From contig JBBQZX010000002.1 in NCBI GenBank assembly GCA_038207335.1, forward strand, positions 64,001 through 128,000: a stretch of 64,000 bases of DNA. The letters are read 5' to 3'. Made by a program: the position numbers and the translations under genes. The stretch comes from Chthoniobacterales bacterium (GTDB lineage Bacteria > Verrucomicrobiota > Verrucomicrobiia > Chthoniobacterales > Chthoniobacteraceae). This document shows positions 55,422 to 64,000 of the stretch, one piece after another. The stretch's first letter is position 1; every line of letters begins with the position of its first letter. The notes under the pieces are model-generated. The model saw only the letters and a program-made list of their open reading frames with translations. It ran no database searches and was not told the DNA's origin.

Positions 55422-58400
55422 CCCTCGCTCCCAGCTCGATGCGCTCCGGCGGCGGCGGGCGGAGAATGCGGCGAGGCCGAGGAGTAGCAGCGCGGCGCTG
55501 CACGGTTCTGGCACGGCGAGCAGCGTCACGTCGTTGCCACCATCCGCGCTGTAGCTGATCTGGAAGGGCTGCGTGAATATCCCAGAGGTGACGGTGAAGG
55601 TCTGGCCTTCGAGGAGGGTCTGGCTGTTGTAGCTGAAGAGTCCGCCGCCGGTGCGGGGGGCGGTGCCGTCGAGGATGGTGAAGAGCGTGGAGTCCACCGG
55701 GTCGGCGAGGAGCGCGATATTCAACGTGATGGTGCCGGTGAGGCTGGCCGCGCCAGTGACGGCGAGCTGGTCGCCGGTGGTGGTGCCGATCTCGAGGGTG
55801 AATGCGGAGCCATTTCCAAAGGCGACGGGGCCAGTCGAGAGGGTGCCGATGCTCGCGCCGGGGGCGATCGCGCCGCCGCTGGCGACGGTGACGGTCGCCG
55901 CGGGATTGATCGTGCCGCGGCCGCCGAGGGTGCCACCATTCACCTGCACGCTCACGGTGCCGGAGAGGGAGCCATTCACGAGCAGCTTCCCGCCGTTGAT
56001 CGTGGTCGCGCCGGTGTTTGTGCTCGCGCCGCTGAGTGTCAGCGCGCCGGAGCCTTGCTTCGTGAGGGCGACGGCGCTGGTGACGCTGCCGCTGAAGATG
56101 GAGTCGGAAGCGTCCCCGACGGTGAGGACGGCTGGCGCTGGTGCCGCGGTCACTTCATTGGAAAAGCCATACCAGTGGTAGGTCCCGGCGCCGGTTTGAT
56201 TCGTGGTGAGCGTGGCCGTGCCCGAGGCATCGGCGGTGTAGCGGAAGGAGAGGAAGCTCGGCGTGGCGCTGCCGTCTTCGTTGAAGATCACTGCGGCACT
56301 GGCGGCTCCCGCGTTGAAGGAAAACAACTGGGTCCGGTCGAAGAATGATCCGAACTGGCGCTGGTAAAGGCGGGCCTCGTAGCTCGTGCCGGGGGTCAGC
56401 CCGGTGAGCTTGAGCGCGGCTGGATTGCCGTTGTAGTAGAAGTTCGTGAGCAGGCTGCTGATGTCGCCGGTCGCGCCAGTGCCGCCATTGCCGGCGATGA
56501 GTGTGGCACCGGTGAGCGACCACGTCGCGCCGTTGTTGCCCGCGCCCGTGAAGTTCACGCCATTGATCGCCACGTCCGTGCCTTCGGCGAAGTCGAGGGC
56601 GTGGGTGTAGGTCTTCGTGGTGGAAATCCCGGTGCCGATATCTTCGGTGAAAAAGACCGGCGCGCCGATATGCACGCCGGGGGAGCCGGTGACGGTGCCC
56701 GCGCCGGAGAGGTTGTTGATGGTCTCGTTATTGCCAGCGAGGTCGAAGGTGGCGCCGGCATTCACGGTGACTTTGCCCGCGCCCGCACCATGCGGGATGA
56801 CCTCGGAAGCGCCGAGCCTCAGCGTGCCATTGGCGACGACGGTGTCGCCCGCGTAGTCGTTGGCGGTGTTCGAGAGCGTGAGCGTGCTGTTTTCATCCAC
56901 GCGGCCGGAGCCCTTTGTGAGCCCGCCAGCGCCGGTGACCTGCCCGAGGATGCGGAGGTTGTTGGAGTTGTTGCCGCCGATGTTGCTGCTCGCCGCGAGG
57001 GTGACTTTCCCAGTGAGCGTGTAATCGGCGAATCCTCCGCCACCGCCATCCGCGTAGATCGCGCTCTTGAGCCCGCCGCCGGGATTGCCGCCGGGGCCGT
57101 TGAGCGTGAAATCGTGCGCGATGATGGGCGAGCCGGTATTCCACCATGCGAGGTAGTTTGCGCCGTTCGCGACGGAGACGGGGCCGGTGCCGAGGGCCGC
57201 GGAGTGGTGGGCGAAGATGGCGCCGCCGGAGATGGTGGTGCCGCCGGTGAAATTGCTCGCGCCATAGAGGTCCTGGTTTCCGCTGCCTTGTTTGATGAGC
57301 GCCGTGGGGCCATTGATCGCGCCAGCGAAGGAGTAGCTCGCGGCATCACCGATCGTGAGCGTCGGGGTGGGAGCGGCGATGCTCTCCAGGCTCGCACCGA
57401 ACCAGTGAAATGAATTGTTCGGAATCTGAGGTACCATGGTGATGCTGAAGGTGGAGGCGTGGGCCACGAAGTTGTAGGCGTAGTAGCCGATATTCACGGG
57501 ATCGGTGCCGAGCAACTGGGTGGACACCGGGCCGTTCGGGTCTTCGTCGAAGGTGGCATCCTGCGGGCGCGGTCCCCAGATGCCGACTCTCGTGTAGAGC
57601 GTCGCGTTGTAGGTCTGGCCGGGGGTGAGGTTGCTAAAGGTGAGCACGCCAGGATGGCCGTCATAATAGAAATCATCGACGAGCTGATCGTATCCTGTGT
57701 GCAAGCCGTTCTGCTGGCCTTCTACGAACAGAGCTCCCGCGCCAGTGAGAGAGAAACCCGGGCCGGAAGTGCCTGCATCGTCGAATGTCACGCCGTTCAC
57801 CGTCGCGCCGCCGTTATTCCCGAAATCGAGTTTCTGGACGTAATTCTTGCCTGTCGAGATGAGTCCCTCGCCGTCGGTGCCGGTGGAAAGGATGCCGCTC
57901 CGTGTGATCGTGCCCGCGCCGCTGAGCCCGGTCACGGTCTGGCTCGAAAGGCCGAGATCCCACGTCGCGCCGCCCGCGACGGTCGCGAGGCCGGGCGTGC
58001 CGGAATTCGTCTGGGCCAACTTCAGCGTGCCGGCGGTGACGGTGGTCGCGCCGGAGTAGGCGATCGGTCCGGCGAGCGTGAGCACTCCGGCGCCGTCCTT
58101 CGTGAAGTTGCCGGTGCCCGTCAAGGTTCCCGCAAACGTGGTCGTGTTGCCATTTCCACCGGCCGTGAGCGTACCGCCACCGAGCGCGACGGTCGATCCC
58201 GCCACACCGGCGAGCGAGCCGACCGTCGTCGTCGTGCCGTTCACATCGAATGCAGCGCCTGCCGCGGAGAGATTCAGAGCAGTGGCAGCGGGGAGCGATC
58301 CACCGCCGACGAGCTGCAATGTCCCGCCCAAAACCGTCGTGCTCCCGCCGTAGCTATTCGCGCCGCCGAGTTGCATGGTGCCGATGCCGACCTTGGTAAG

Positions 58401-60299
58401 ACTGCCCGCGCCACTGATGACGCCCGCAAATGCTGTGGGCGCGCCGTTCCCGCCAACGGTGAATGCGCCGTTGTTCAGCACGTTCGTCCCCGAGACGCCC
58501 GCGAGGGAGCCGACCGTCTGGTTGTGCCCGTTCACATCGAGCGCCGCGCCCGCGCCAGCGAGATTCAGCGCCGTCGTGGACGGCAGGGCGCCGTAGTCCG
58601 ACGATGCGACGAAGATCGCGTCGATCGCCGTGGCGCGGTCTGCGTTGTCCGGGTTCACGGGGACGAATGCGATGGTGTGGCTCCCCGCAGTGAGTGGGAC
58701 GTTCGTGAATTGAAACGGTTGGAAATTTCCGCCCGACTCGAAGCCTGTGTAGGGGAGGCTAGAGACTGGCGCGCCATCGACTTGCAGCTGCAGGCCATTC
58801 GCGCCAAAGCCGGGGCGGTTGGCAGCGAGGAATGACAGGTTGTAGTTCCCGGCGTCCGCGAAATTCAGCACCTGGCTGATGGCCGTGGACTGGGTGAATC
58901 CCGCGTGCGTTCCTTCGGGCGCGATGTTCACCCAGGGTCCGCCGTTCGACGAAATACCGGCGCCCGGACCGAAGTCCCAGCCGGTGCCCGTCGGGTTGTA
59001 GGCCCACACGCCGCCTCCCAGCGAGCCGGTGTTCTCAAATCCCGCGTTCACCACTGCGATCCGCGATCCGCCGAGGAAAAGCGTCCCGCCTGTCACGGTC
59101 GTGCTGCCTGAGTACGTGCCGATGCCGGCGAGCGTGAGCGTGCCGACGCCTGCTTTCGTGAAGTCGCCCGTGCCGCTGATGACGCCGCCGAAAGTTTGCG
59201 CCCCCGCACTCGAGATCGTGAAGGTGCCGCTGTTCGCGATGTTTCCGATGCTCGTCAGGTCCGCTGTCGGCGATTCGATCGCGAGGGTGCCGCTTCCGAT
59301 CGTCACGCCCTTCCCCGAGCCCGTTACTGCGCCCGTGAGCCGCACGGTGCCCGCGCCAAATTTCGCGAGCGAGCTGTCCAGTTGCACTGGCGTCGCGATC
59401 GTGTGAATGCCCGCGTCCGCCTTTAGCACGGATGTGCCGCCCGCATCCGCTCGGAGGGTGAGCGTATTCGCGCCGGAGATCGTCCACGCATTGGTACCTG
59501 CGAACTGCACGTGCCCGACCGTAATGGCGGCGTCGAGATTGATGGAAGTCGGCGCGCCCTGCGCGGCGAAGTTCGCGTTCGCGCCGATGCCGTTTGGCGT
59601 ACCGCCGCTCCACGTCGCGGTCGTCCAGTTCGCGCCGCTGGTCCACGAGTTGTTGAAGACCTGCTCATTGCTCAACCCGTAGAAGTGCATCGTGCCCGCG
59701 CCATTTTGCGGAGCGAAGCTCAGGTCCGTAGTCGCGCCGGTCGCGACGAATGTGTAGCGCAGCGTCGATGCCTCCAGCGCATCCTCGTTATAGGAAATAC
59801 TCGCGCCCTCCGTGGAGTTCACGAGTTGCGTCCGATCGGCTCCCAGCCCCCACGCCTGATTGTAAAGGGTGACGGTGTAGGTCTGGCCGACGGTGAGCGC
59901 GCTCATCGTCAGGACCGCCGGGGCGCCACCGTATTGGAAACCGTCGAACAGGTCGTCGATCACGCTGGCGCCGAAGGTCGTCGTGTGGTTTCCGCCGCCC
60001 CCAAACGTATTCGGCGCGCCCGAGAGGGACCAGCCCGTGCCAAATGTATCGTTGCCGCTTCCAGCGAATGTCGCGCCGTTCACAGCCACATTTCCGCCGA
60101 TGACATTCGCGAGGGAGATGTAGCTTTTTGCCGTGCTGACGCCCGAGTCCGCATCGCCGGTAAAGGCGCCGCTGGAGAAGACGGCATCCGTCCCCTGCGC
60201 GGTGTCGATGGCGGCAAAGGTCGCGATGCTGGCGAGGAGGATGACCGGGCGGAGCGTCCGGCGATTGAGGGAACGGAAAAGGTCGAGTGCGTGTTTCAT
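55404..60299 (-). CDS. Large autotransporter-associated beta-strand repeat protein with four globular domains and PEP-CTERM signal
   Basis: Signal peptide; repeated LTK.G.GTL.L.G...Y.G.T; C-terminal VPEPCSAALLLLGLAAFSARRRR. Confidence 0.92.
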   Translation of the reverse strand: MKHALDLFRSLNRRTLRPVILLASIATFAAIDTAQGTDAVFSSGAFTGDADSGVSTAKSYISLANVIGGNVAVNGATFAGSGNDTFGTGWSLSGAPNTFGGGGNHTTTFGASVIDDLFDGFQYGGAPAVLTMSALTVGQTYTVTLYNQAWGLGADRTQLVNSTEGASISYNEDALEASTLRYTFVATGATTDLSFAPQNGAGTMHFYGLSNEQVFNNSWTSGANWTTATWSGGTPNGIGANANFAAQGAPTSINLDAAITVGHVQFAGTNAWTISGANTLTLRADAGGTSVLKADAGIHTIATPVQLDSSLAKFGAGTVRLTGAVTGSGKGVTIGSGTLAIESPTADLTSIGNIANSGTFTISSAGAQTFGGVISGTGDFTKAGVGTLTLAGIGTYSGSTTVTGGTLFLGGSRIAVVNAGFENTGSLGGGVWAYNPTGTGWDFGPGAGISSNGGPWVNIAPEGTHAGFTQSTAISQVLNFADAGNYNLSFLAANRPGFGANGLQLQVDGAPVSSLPYTGFESGGNFQPFQFTNVPLTAGSHTIAFVPVNPDNADRATAIDAIFVASSDYGALPSTTALNLAGAGAALDVNGHNQTVGSLAGVSGTNVLNNGAFTVGGNGAPTAFAGVISGAGSLTKVGIGTMQLGGANSYGGSTTVLGGTLQLVGGGSLPAATALNLSAAGAAFDVNGTTTTVGSLAGVAGSTVALGGGTLTAGGNGNTTTFAGTLTGTGNFTKDGAGVLTLAGPIAYSGATTVTAGTLKLAQTNSGTPGLATVAGGATWDLGLSSQTVTGLSGAGTITRSGILSTGTDGEGLISTGKNYVQKLDFGNNGGATVNGVTFDDAGTSGPGFSLTGAGALFVEGQQNGLHTGYDQLVDDFYYDGHPGVLTFSNLTPGQTYNATLYTRVGIWGPRPQDATFDEDPNGPVSTQLLGTDPVNIGYYAYNFVAHASTFSITMVPQIPNNSFHWFGASLESIAAPTPTLTIGDAASYSFAGAINGPTALIKQGSGNQDLYGASNFTGGTTISGGAIFAHHSAALGTGPVSVANGANYLAWWNTGSPIIAHDFTLNGPGGNPGGGLKSAIYADGGGGGFADYTLTGKVTLAASSNIGGNNSNNLRILGQVTGAGGLTKGSGRVDENSTLTLSNTANDYAGDTVVANGTLRLGASEVIPHGAGAGKVTVNAGATFDLAGNNETINNLSGAGTVTGSPGVHIGAPVFFTEDIGTGISTTKTYTHALDFAEGTDVAINGVNFTGAGNNGATWSLTGATLIAGNGGTGATGDISSLLTNFYYNGNPAALKLTGLTPGTSYEARLYQRQFGSFFDRTQLFSFNAGAASAAVIFNEDGSATPSFLSFRYTADASGTATLTTNQTGAGTYHWYGFSNEVTAAPAPAVLTVGDASDSIFSGSVTSAVALTKQGSGALTLSGASTNTGATTINGGKLLVNGSLSGTVSVQVNGGTLGGRGTINPAATVTVASGGAIAPGASIGTLSTGPVAFGNGSAFTLEIGTTTGDQLAVTGAASLTGTITLNIALLADPVDSTLFTILDGTAPRTGGGLFSYNSQTLLEGQTFTVTSGIFTQPFQISYSADGGNDVTLLAVPEPCSAALLLLGLAAFSARRRRSASSWERGMRVES

Positions 60300-60548
60300 G
60301 GGGGTGTGCGGGCGTGTGTGGGGTTGGACTGGGGAGGACGTTTTTGTCGCCTAGTCCTAGCGACGGAATCGCCATATGAGCTGGCAGGCTGCGTGGTCAA
60401 GGATGGAGGCGAGAAAAAACATCCCGGTAAACTGCTCTTCTTTCGCAAGGTCCAGCGTCCGGTGTTGTGGGAGCGAACCGTTGAAGCGCGGTGAAAGCCT
60501 GGCGGCTGCCGCTCGACGCACGCACTCCTGGCGATTATTCACGCTCCC

Positions 60549-62243
60549 ATGTCGAAATCCTTCGCATGGTTCGTCTGGCTTTTTGCCGCGGCGTTCTTCG
60601 GATGCTTCTTCCTCTGGCCCATCGTCACGGCGCTCGGCGGCGCATTCATCGACGCCGACGGCCGCTTCACCTTTGCCTTCGTCGCCGAGGTCTTTCGCAA
60701 CCGCATCTACCTCGAAGGCCTCTCCAACGCCTTCCTCCTCGCCGTCGCGAGCACCGCCGTCACCGCCGCCATCGCGCTCCCGCTCGCGTGGGCCTCTGAC
60801 CGCTTTCTCTTCACCGGAAAAAAGCTTCTCTCCGCGTTCCTGCTCGTCCCGATGATCCTCCCGCCATTCGTCGGCGCCATCGGCATTCGCCAAATCCTCG
60901 GGCAATTCGGCGCGCTCAACGCCCTCCTCATCAAACTCCACCTCGTCGCGCCCGGCGCCACCATCGACTGGCTCGGCCGCGGGCAGTTCTGGGGCATCGT
61001 CGCCGTCAACGCCCTCCACCTTTACCCGATCCTCTTTCTCAACCTCTCCGCCGCCCTCGCAAATCTCGACCCCGCGATGGAAGAAGCCGCCGCAAACCTA
61101 GGCTGCACGGGCCTTCGCCGTCTGCGCCGCATCACGCTGCCGCTCGTTTTGCCCGGCCTTTTTGCGGGCGGCACTCTCGTCTTCATCTTTGCATTCACCG
61201 AGCTCGGCGTGCCGCTCATGTTCGACTACACGCGCGTCACGCCCGTCCAGATTTTCTACGGCATCAAGGAAATCGCCGGCAACCCGTTCCCCTTCGCCCT
61301 CGTCGTCGTCATGCTTTTCAGCACCATGCTCCTCTACGCCGCGAGCAGGTTCTTTTTTGGAAAAGTAAACCCCGCCTCTGCTGGCAAAGCCTCCACCGGA
61401 TCGGGCGCCCGCGAAACCTCCGTCGCCGTCCGATGGGCCTGCACGCTTGGTTTCACGGCGATCACCGTCATCGCCCTCCTGCCGCACGCGGGCGTCGTCT
61501 GCGTCTCCTTTGCCGGCCAGTGGTATCGCACGATCTTCCCGAGCGAGTGGACGCTCGGCCACTACCAAACCGCCCTCGGCCACTACCTCACCGTCCCCTC
61601 GATCATCAATAGCCTCAAATACGCGAGCTGCTCCACGCTCTTCGACCTCCTGCTCGGCGTCGCCATCGCATACGTCGTCGTCCGCACCACCCTCCCGGCG
61701 CGCGGACTCCTTGATGCCCTCGCCATGCTCCCGCTCGCCGTGCCGGGTCTCGTCCTCGCCTTCGGCTACATCTCGATGACGCAAAAAGGCAGCCTCTTCG
61801 CCGCGCTCAATCCCGGTGAAAATCCCACCCTCCTGCTCATCGTCGCGTACGCCATCCGCCGGCTCCCGTACGTCGTCCGAGCCGCCGCCGCCGGGCTCCA
61901 GCAAACCAGCGTCACCCTCGAGGAAGCCGCGCAAAACCTCGGTTGTCCGCCACTGCGCACCCTCCGCCGCATCACCCTCCCGCTCATTACCGCGAACATC
62001 CTCGCGGGCGGCCTCCTCGCGTTTTCATTCGCTATGCTGGAGGTCTCCGACTCCCTAGTGCTCGCGCAAAAACAGCAGCACTTCCCCATCACGAAAGCCA
62101 TCTACGAACTCTTTCAGCTCCTCGGCGAAGGCCGCTTCGTCGCCAGCGCCCTCGGAGTCTGGGCCATGCTTTTCCTCGGCATCACCATCCTCGCCGCGAG
62201 CCGCATCCTTGGCAGGAAAATGGGCGCACTTTTCCGCATCTGA
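60549..62243 (+). CDS. Fe3+/thiamine-type ABC transporter permease (two fused TMDs, FbpB-like)
   Basis: 564 aa, highly hydrophobic; two EAA loops MEEAAANLG and LEEAAQNLG. Confidence 0.92.
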   Translation: MSKSFAWFVWLFAAAFFGCFFLWPIVTALGGAFIDADGRFTFAFVAEVFRNRIYLEGLSNAFLLAVASTAVTAAIALPLAWASDRFLFTGKKLLSAFLLVPMILPPFVGAIGIRQILGQFGALNALLIKLHLVAPGATIDWLGRGQFWGIVAVNALHLYPILFLNLSAALANLDPAMEEAAANLGCTGLRRLRRITLPLVLPGLFAGGTLVFIFAFTELGVPLMFDYTRVTPVQIFYGIKEIAGNPFPFALVVVMLFSTMLLYAASRFFFGKVNPASAGKASTGSGARETSVAVRWACTLGFTAITVIALLPHAGVVCVSFAGQWYRTIFPSEWTLGHYQTALGHYLTVPSIINSLKYASCSTLFDLLLGVAIAYVVVRTTLPARGLLDALAMLPLAVPGLVLAFGYISMTQKGSLFAALNPGENPTLLLIVAYAIRRLPYVVRAAAAGLQQTSVTLEEAAQNLGCPPLRTLRRITLPLITANILAGGLLAFSFAMLEVSDSLVLAQKQQHFPITKAIYELFQLLGEGRFVASALGVWAMLFLGITILAASRILGRKMGALFRI

Positions 62244-62252
62244 GCGCCGGGC

Positions 62253-64000
62253 TCAGTCGTCGTCGTCTGCGGTGAAAACGAATGCCGCGCGGTGTGGCGC
62301 GGGCATCGGACTCGTCGCGCCGCGCACAGAGCGCCAGATCATCTCGTTCAGCAGCAGGTCATCGACTGCGTCCTCCTTTGCGAAGTTCATGGTCGCCGTT
62401 TCCTCCGCTTTCCAAGCGGTCTTTTTGTTCACCGCTTCGAGGTCGATGTTCGCGGGGCGGGCGACGTAGGGGGCTTTATCGGGCTTCGAGGAAAAGGAGG
62501 CGAACATCGGCATCGACGCCGCGTCGAACTGCGACATCGGCTTCATCCCGAGGATCAGCTCCATCGTCCGCAGCATCGAACTCGTCGAATAAAGCGTGGA
62601 ATCCACGCTCTTCCGCCTGATCCAAGGGCTGATTGCAAATGCGATCGTCCGGTGCGCATCCACATGGTCCGGTCCGTTCTGCGCGTCATCCTCCACCACG
62701 AAAATCGCCGTCTCCGGCCAGAACCGCGACTTGCTCACCGCCTCCACGACCTGCCCCAGCGCGAGATCATTATCCGCTACCGCAGCCGCTGGCGTCGCGC
62801 GACCGGGGCTCGAACCGCTCGTGTGATCGTTCGGCAGCCTCACGATCTGCAGCCGCGGCATTTCGCCTTTTTCCTGGAAAGTCGCCAACTCCGCCACAAA
62901 CCGCGCCGCCCGCTTCACATCGGGATACGCCGTGTCAAAGCTCCGATACATCGGATCAAAATGCCCCTTCAGCGCCTCGCTCGTCACCGTCCCCGGCTCT
63001 TCGGGGTTTTTCGCATTTCGCACCCACTCCCCGTAACTCCGATACGTCACGCCCGCCTCCTTCGCGCGATCCCACAAGTATCCCCCAGCCGGAGTAGCGA
63101 TCGGAAAAGCCCCCTCCGCGACATACGGCACCTTGTCGCCGTGCCCGTATCCGAGCGGCCACATCTTCTCCACGAAATCCGACGCATACGCCCCCATCGA
63201 CCATTCGTGCCCATCGGCGCTCACTTCGCTCTCGACGTAAAAGTTATCCAGCAGCACGAATTCCCGCGCCAGCGCGTGATGATTCGGCGTCACGTTCTCC
63301 GGGAAAAGGCACAGCGTCGGGTCCCCGTTCCCTTCCTTCATGTCGCCCAGCACTTGGTCATAAGTCCGGTTCTCTTTCACCACATAGATCACGTACTTGA
63401 TCGGCGACTCCGTGATCTTCCCATGCGGCACCGGGTTCCCCTCCAGCGCCGCCAGATCGATCCGCCCCGTCCCCTCTGGCAGACACTTGTATGCCCGCGA
63501 AGTCCACGTCTTCAGCTGCTTCTCACCCTTCTCCCCGCTTTCCAGCGGAATGATCGACACCGTCCCCTGCATCAGCCCCGCGATATATTCATTGATCCCC
63601 GGCCCTCCCGGCTTCCCCGGCTGCGGCCCGTTCCGGTTCGACTTCGAGATTTGCCCCTTGCCGTTTGCCACCAGCAGCGTCTTCCCATCCGGCGTCACCC
63701 GCACACTCGTCGGATACCAGCCGACCGGAATGAAGCCGAGGCTCCGCGCCTTCCCCGCCTCTGCCAGGTCGAACACCGCCACCATATTGATATTCGCATT
63801 CGCCACATACAGCCGCTTCTCGTCGGGTGAAAGTGCCAGGGAGTTCGGCGTGTTGCCCGGCTCGGCGGCAGGGTGGAGTTCCGCCAGCAGCGTCTCCGTC
63901 GCGAGGCCCGTCGCGGTATCCAGCACCGACACCGTATTGCGATTCGCATTCGCGACGAAAAGCCGCGACCCGTCCTTGCTCAGCAGCATCTCATTCGGGT
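62253..64000 (-). CDS. YncE/YVTN beta-propeller + phosphoesterase (alkaline phosphatase superfamily) protein, 5' end outside the window
   Basis: Propeller blades LFVANAN.N.V.V.D, GFIPVGWYP; YVVKENRTYD, DNFY..SEVSADGH, LPNDHT, EDDAQNGPDHVDAHR. The frame is open to the window edge. Confidence 0.9.
   Translation of the reverse strand, partial: PNEMLLSKDGSRLFVANANRNTVSVLDTATGLATETLLAELHPAAEPGNTPNSLALSPDEKRLYVANANINMVAVFDLAEAGKARSLGFIPVGWYPTSVRVTPDGKTLLVANGKGQISKSNRNGPQPGKPGGPGINEYIAGLMQGTVSIIPLESGEKGEKQLKTWTSRAYKCLPEGTGRIDLAALEGNPVPHGKITESPIKYVIYVVKENRTYDQVLGDMKEGNGDPTLCLFPENVTPNHHALAREFVLLDNFYVESEVSADGHEWSMGAYASDFVEKMWPLGYGHGDKVPYVAEGAFPIATPAGGYLWDRAKEAGVTYRSYGEWVRNAKNPEEPGTVTSEALKGHFDPMYRSFDTAYPDVKRAARFVAELATFQEKGEMPRLQIVRLPNDHTSGSSPGRATPAAAVADNDLALGQVVEAVSKSRFWPETAIFVVEDDAQNGPDHVDAHRTIAFAISPWIRRKSVDSTLYSTSSMLRTMELILGMKPMSQFDAASMPMFASFSSKPDKAPYVARPANIDLEAVNKKTAWKAEETATMNFAKEDAVDDLLLNEMIWRSVRGATSPMPAPHRAAFVFTADDDD

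Noticed and set aside
1..64000. CRISPR array, tRNA/rRNA, IS/integrase, prophage, reverse transcriptase/DGR
   Set aside because: No regularly spaced repeat-spacer units, cloverleaf ends or relevant protein motifs recognised by eye; a covariance/HMM scan would be needed to exclude them fully.

Overview
GC-rich bacterial chromosomal segment. Gene content points to Verrucomicrobiota, probably Spartobacteria/Chthoniobacter-like (inference from PEP-CTERM, autotransporter-repeat, LEPR-XLL-type and TIGR04073-type proteins). Housekeeping genes (tcdA, hslO-like, msrB, amidase, purL, ogt, gatCA, RlmD-type methyltransferase, purM-purF, hprK-ptsH-ptsI, purU, moeB-rhodanese) alternate with seven very large exported proteins that use at least three different export or anchoring signals. 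The best candidate for an undescribed system is a three-gene cluster at 39.4-48.0 kb: a Gly-rich beta-solenoid protein with a non-Sec LEPLE.RIAPA leader, flanked by two exported multidomain cyclophilins, one of which is a mosaic of the other two genes. Other points of interest: a ~180-nt end-paired, 6S-like RNA candidate upstream of an RRM protein with an amphipathic helix; a palindromic element translated in frame inside purL; several families of short-period intergenic repeats; a collapsed graveyard of three pseudogene fragments (49.8-50.8 kb); and kilobase-scale C/G strand-skew patches that ignore gene orientation. No tRNA, rRNA, CRISPR array, transposase or integrase was recognised. All family calls are from motif recognition by eye; no database search was run.
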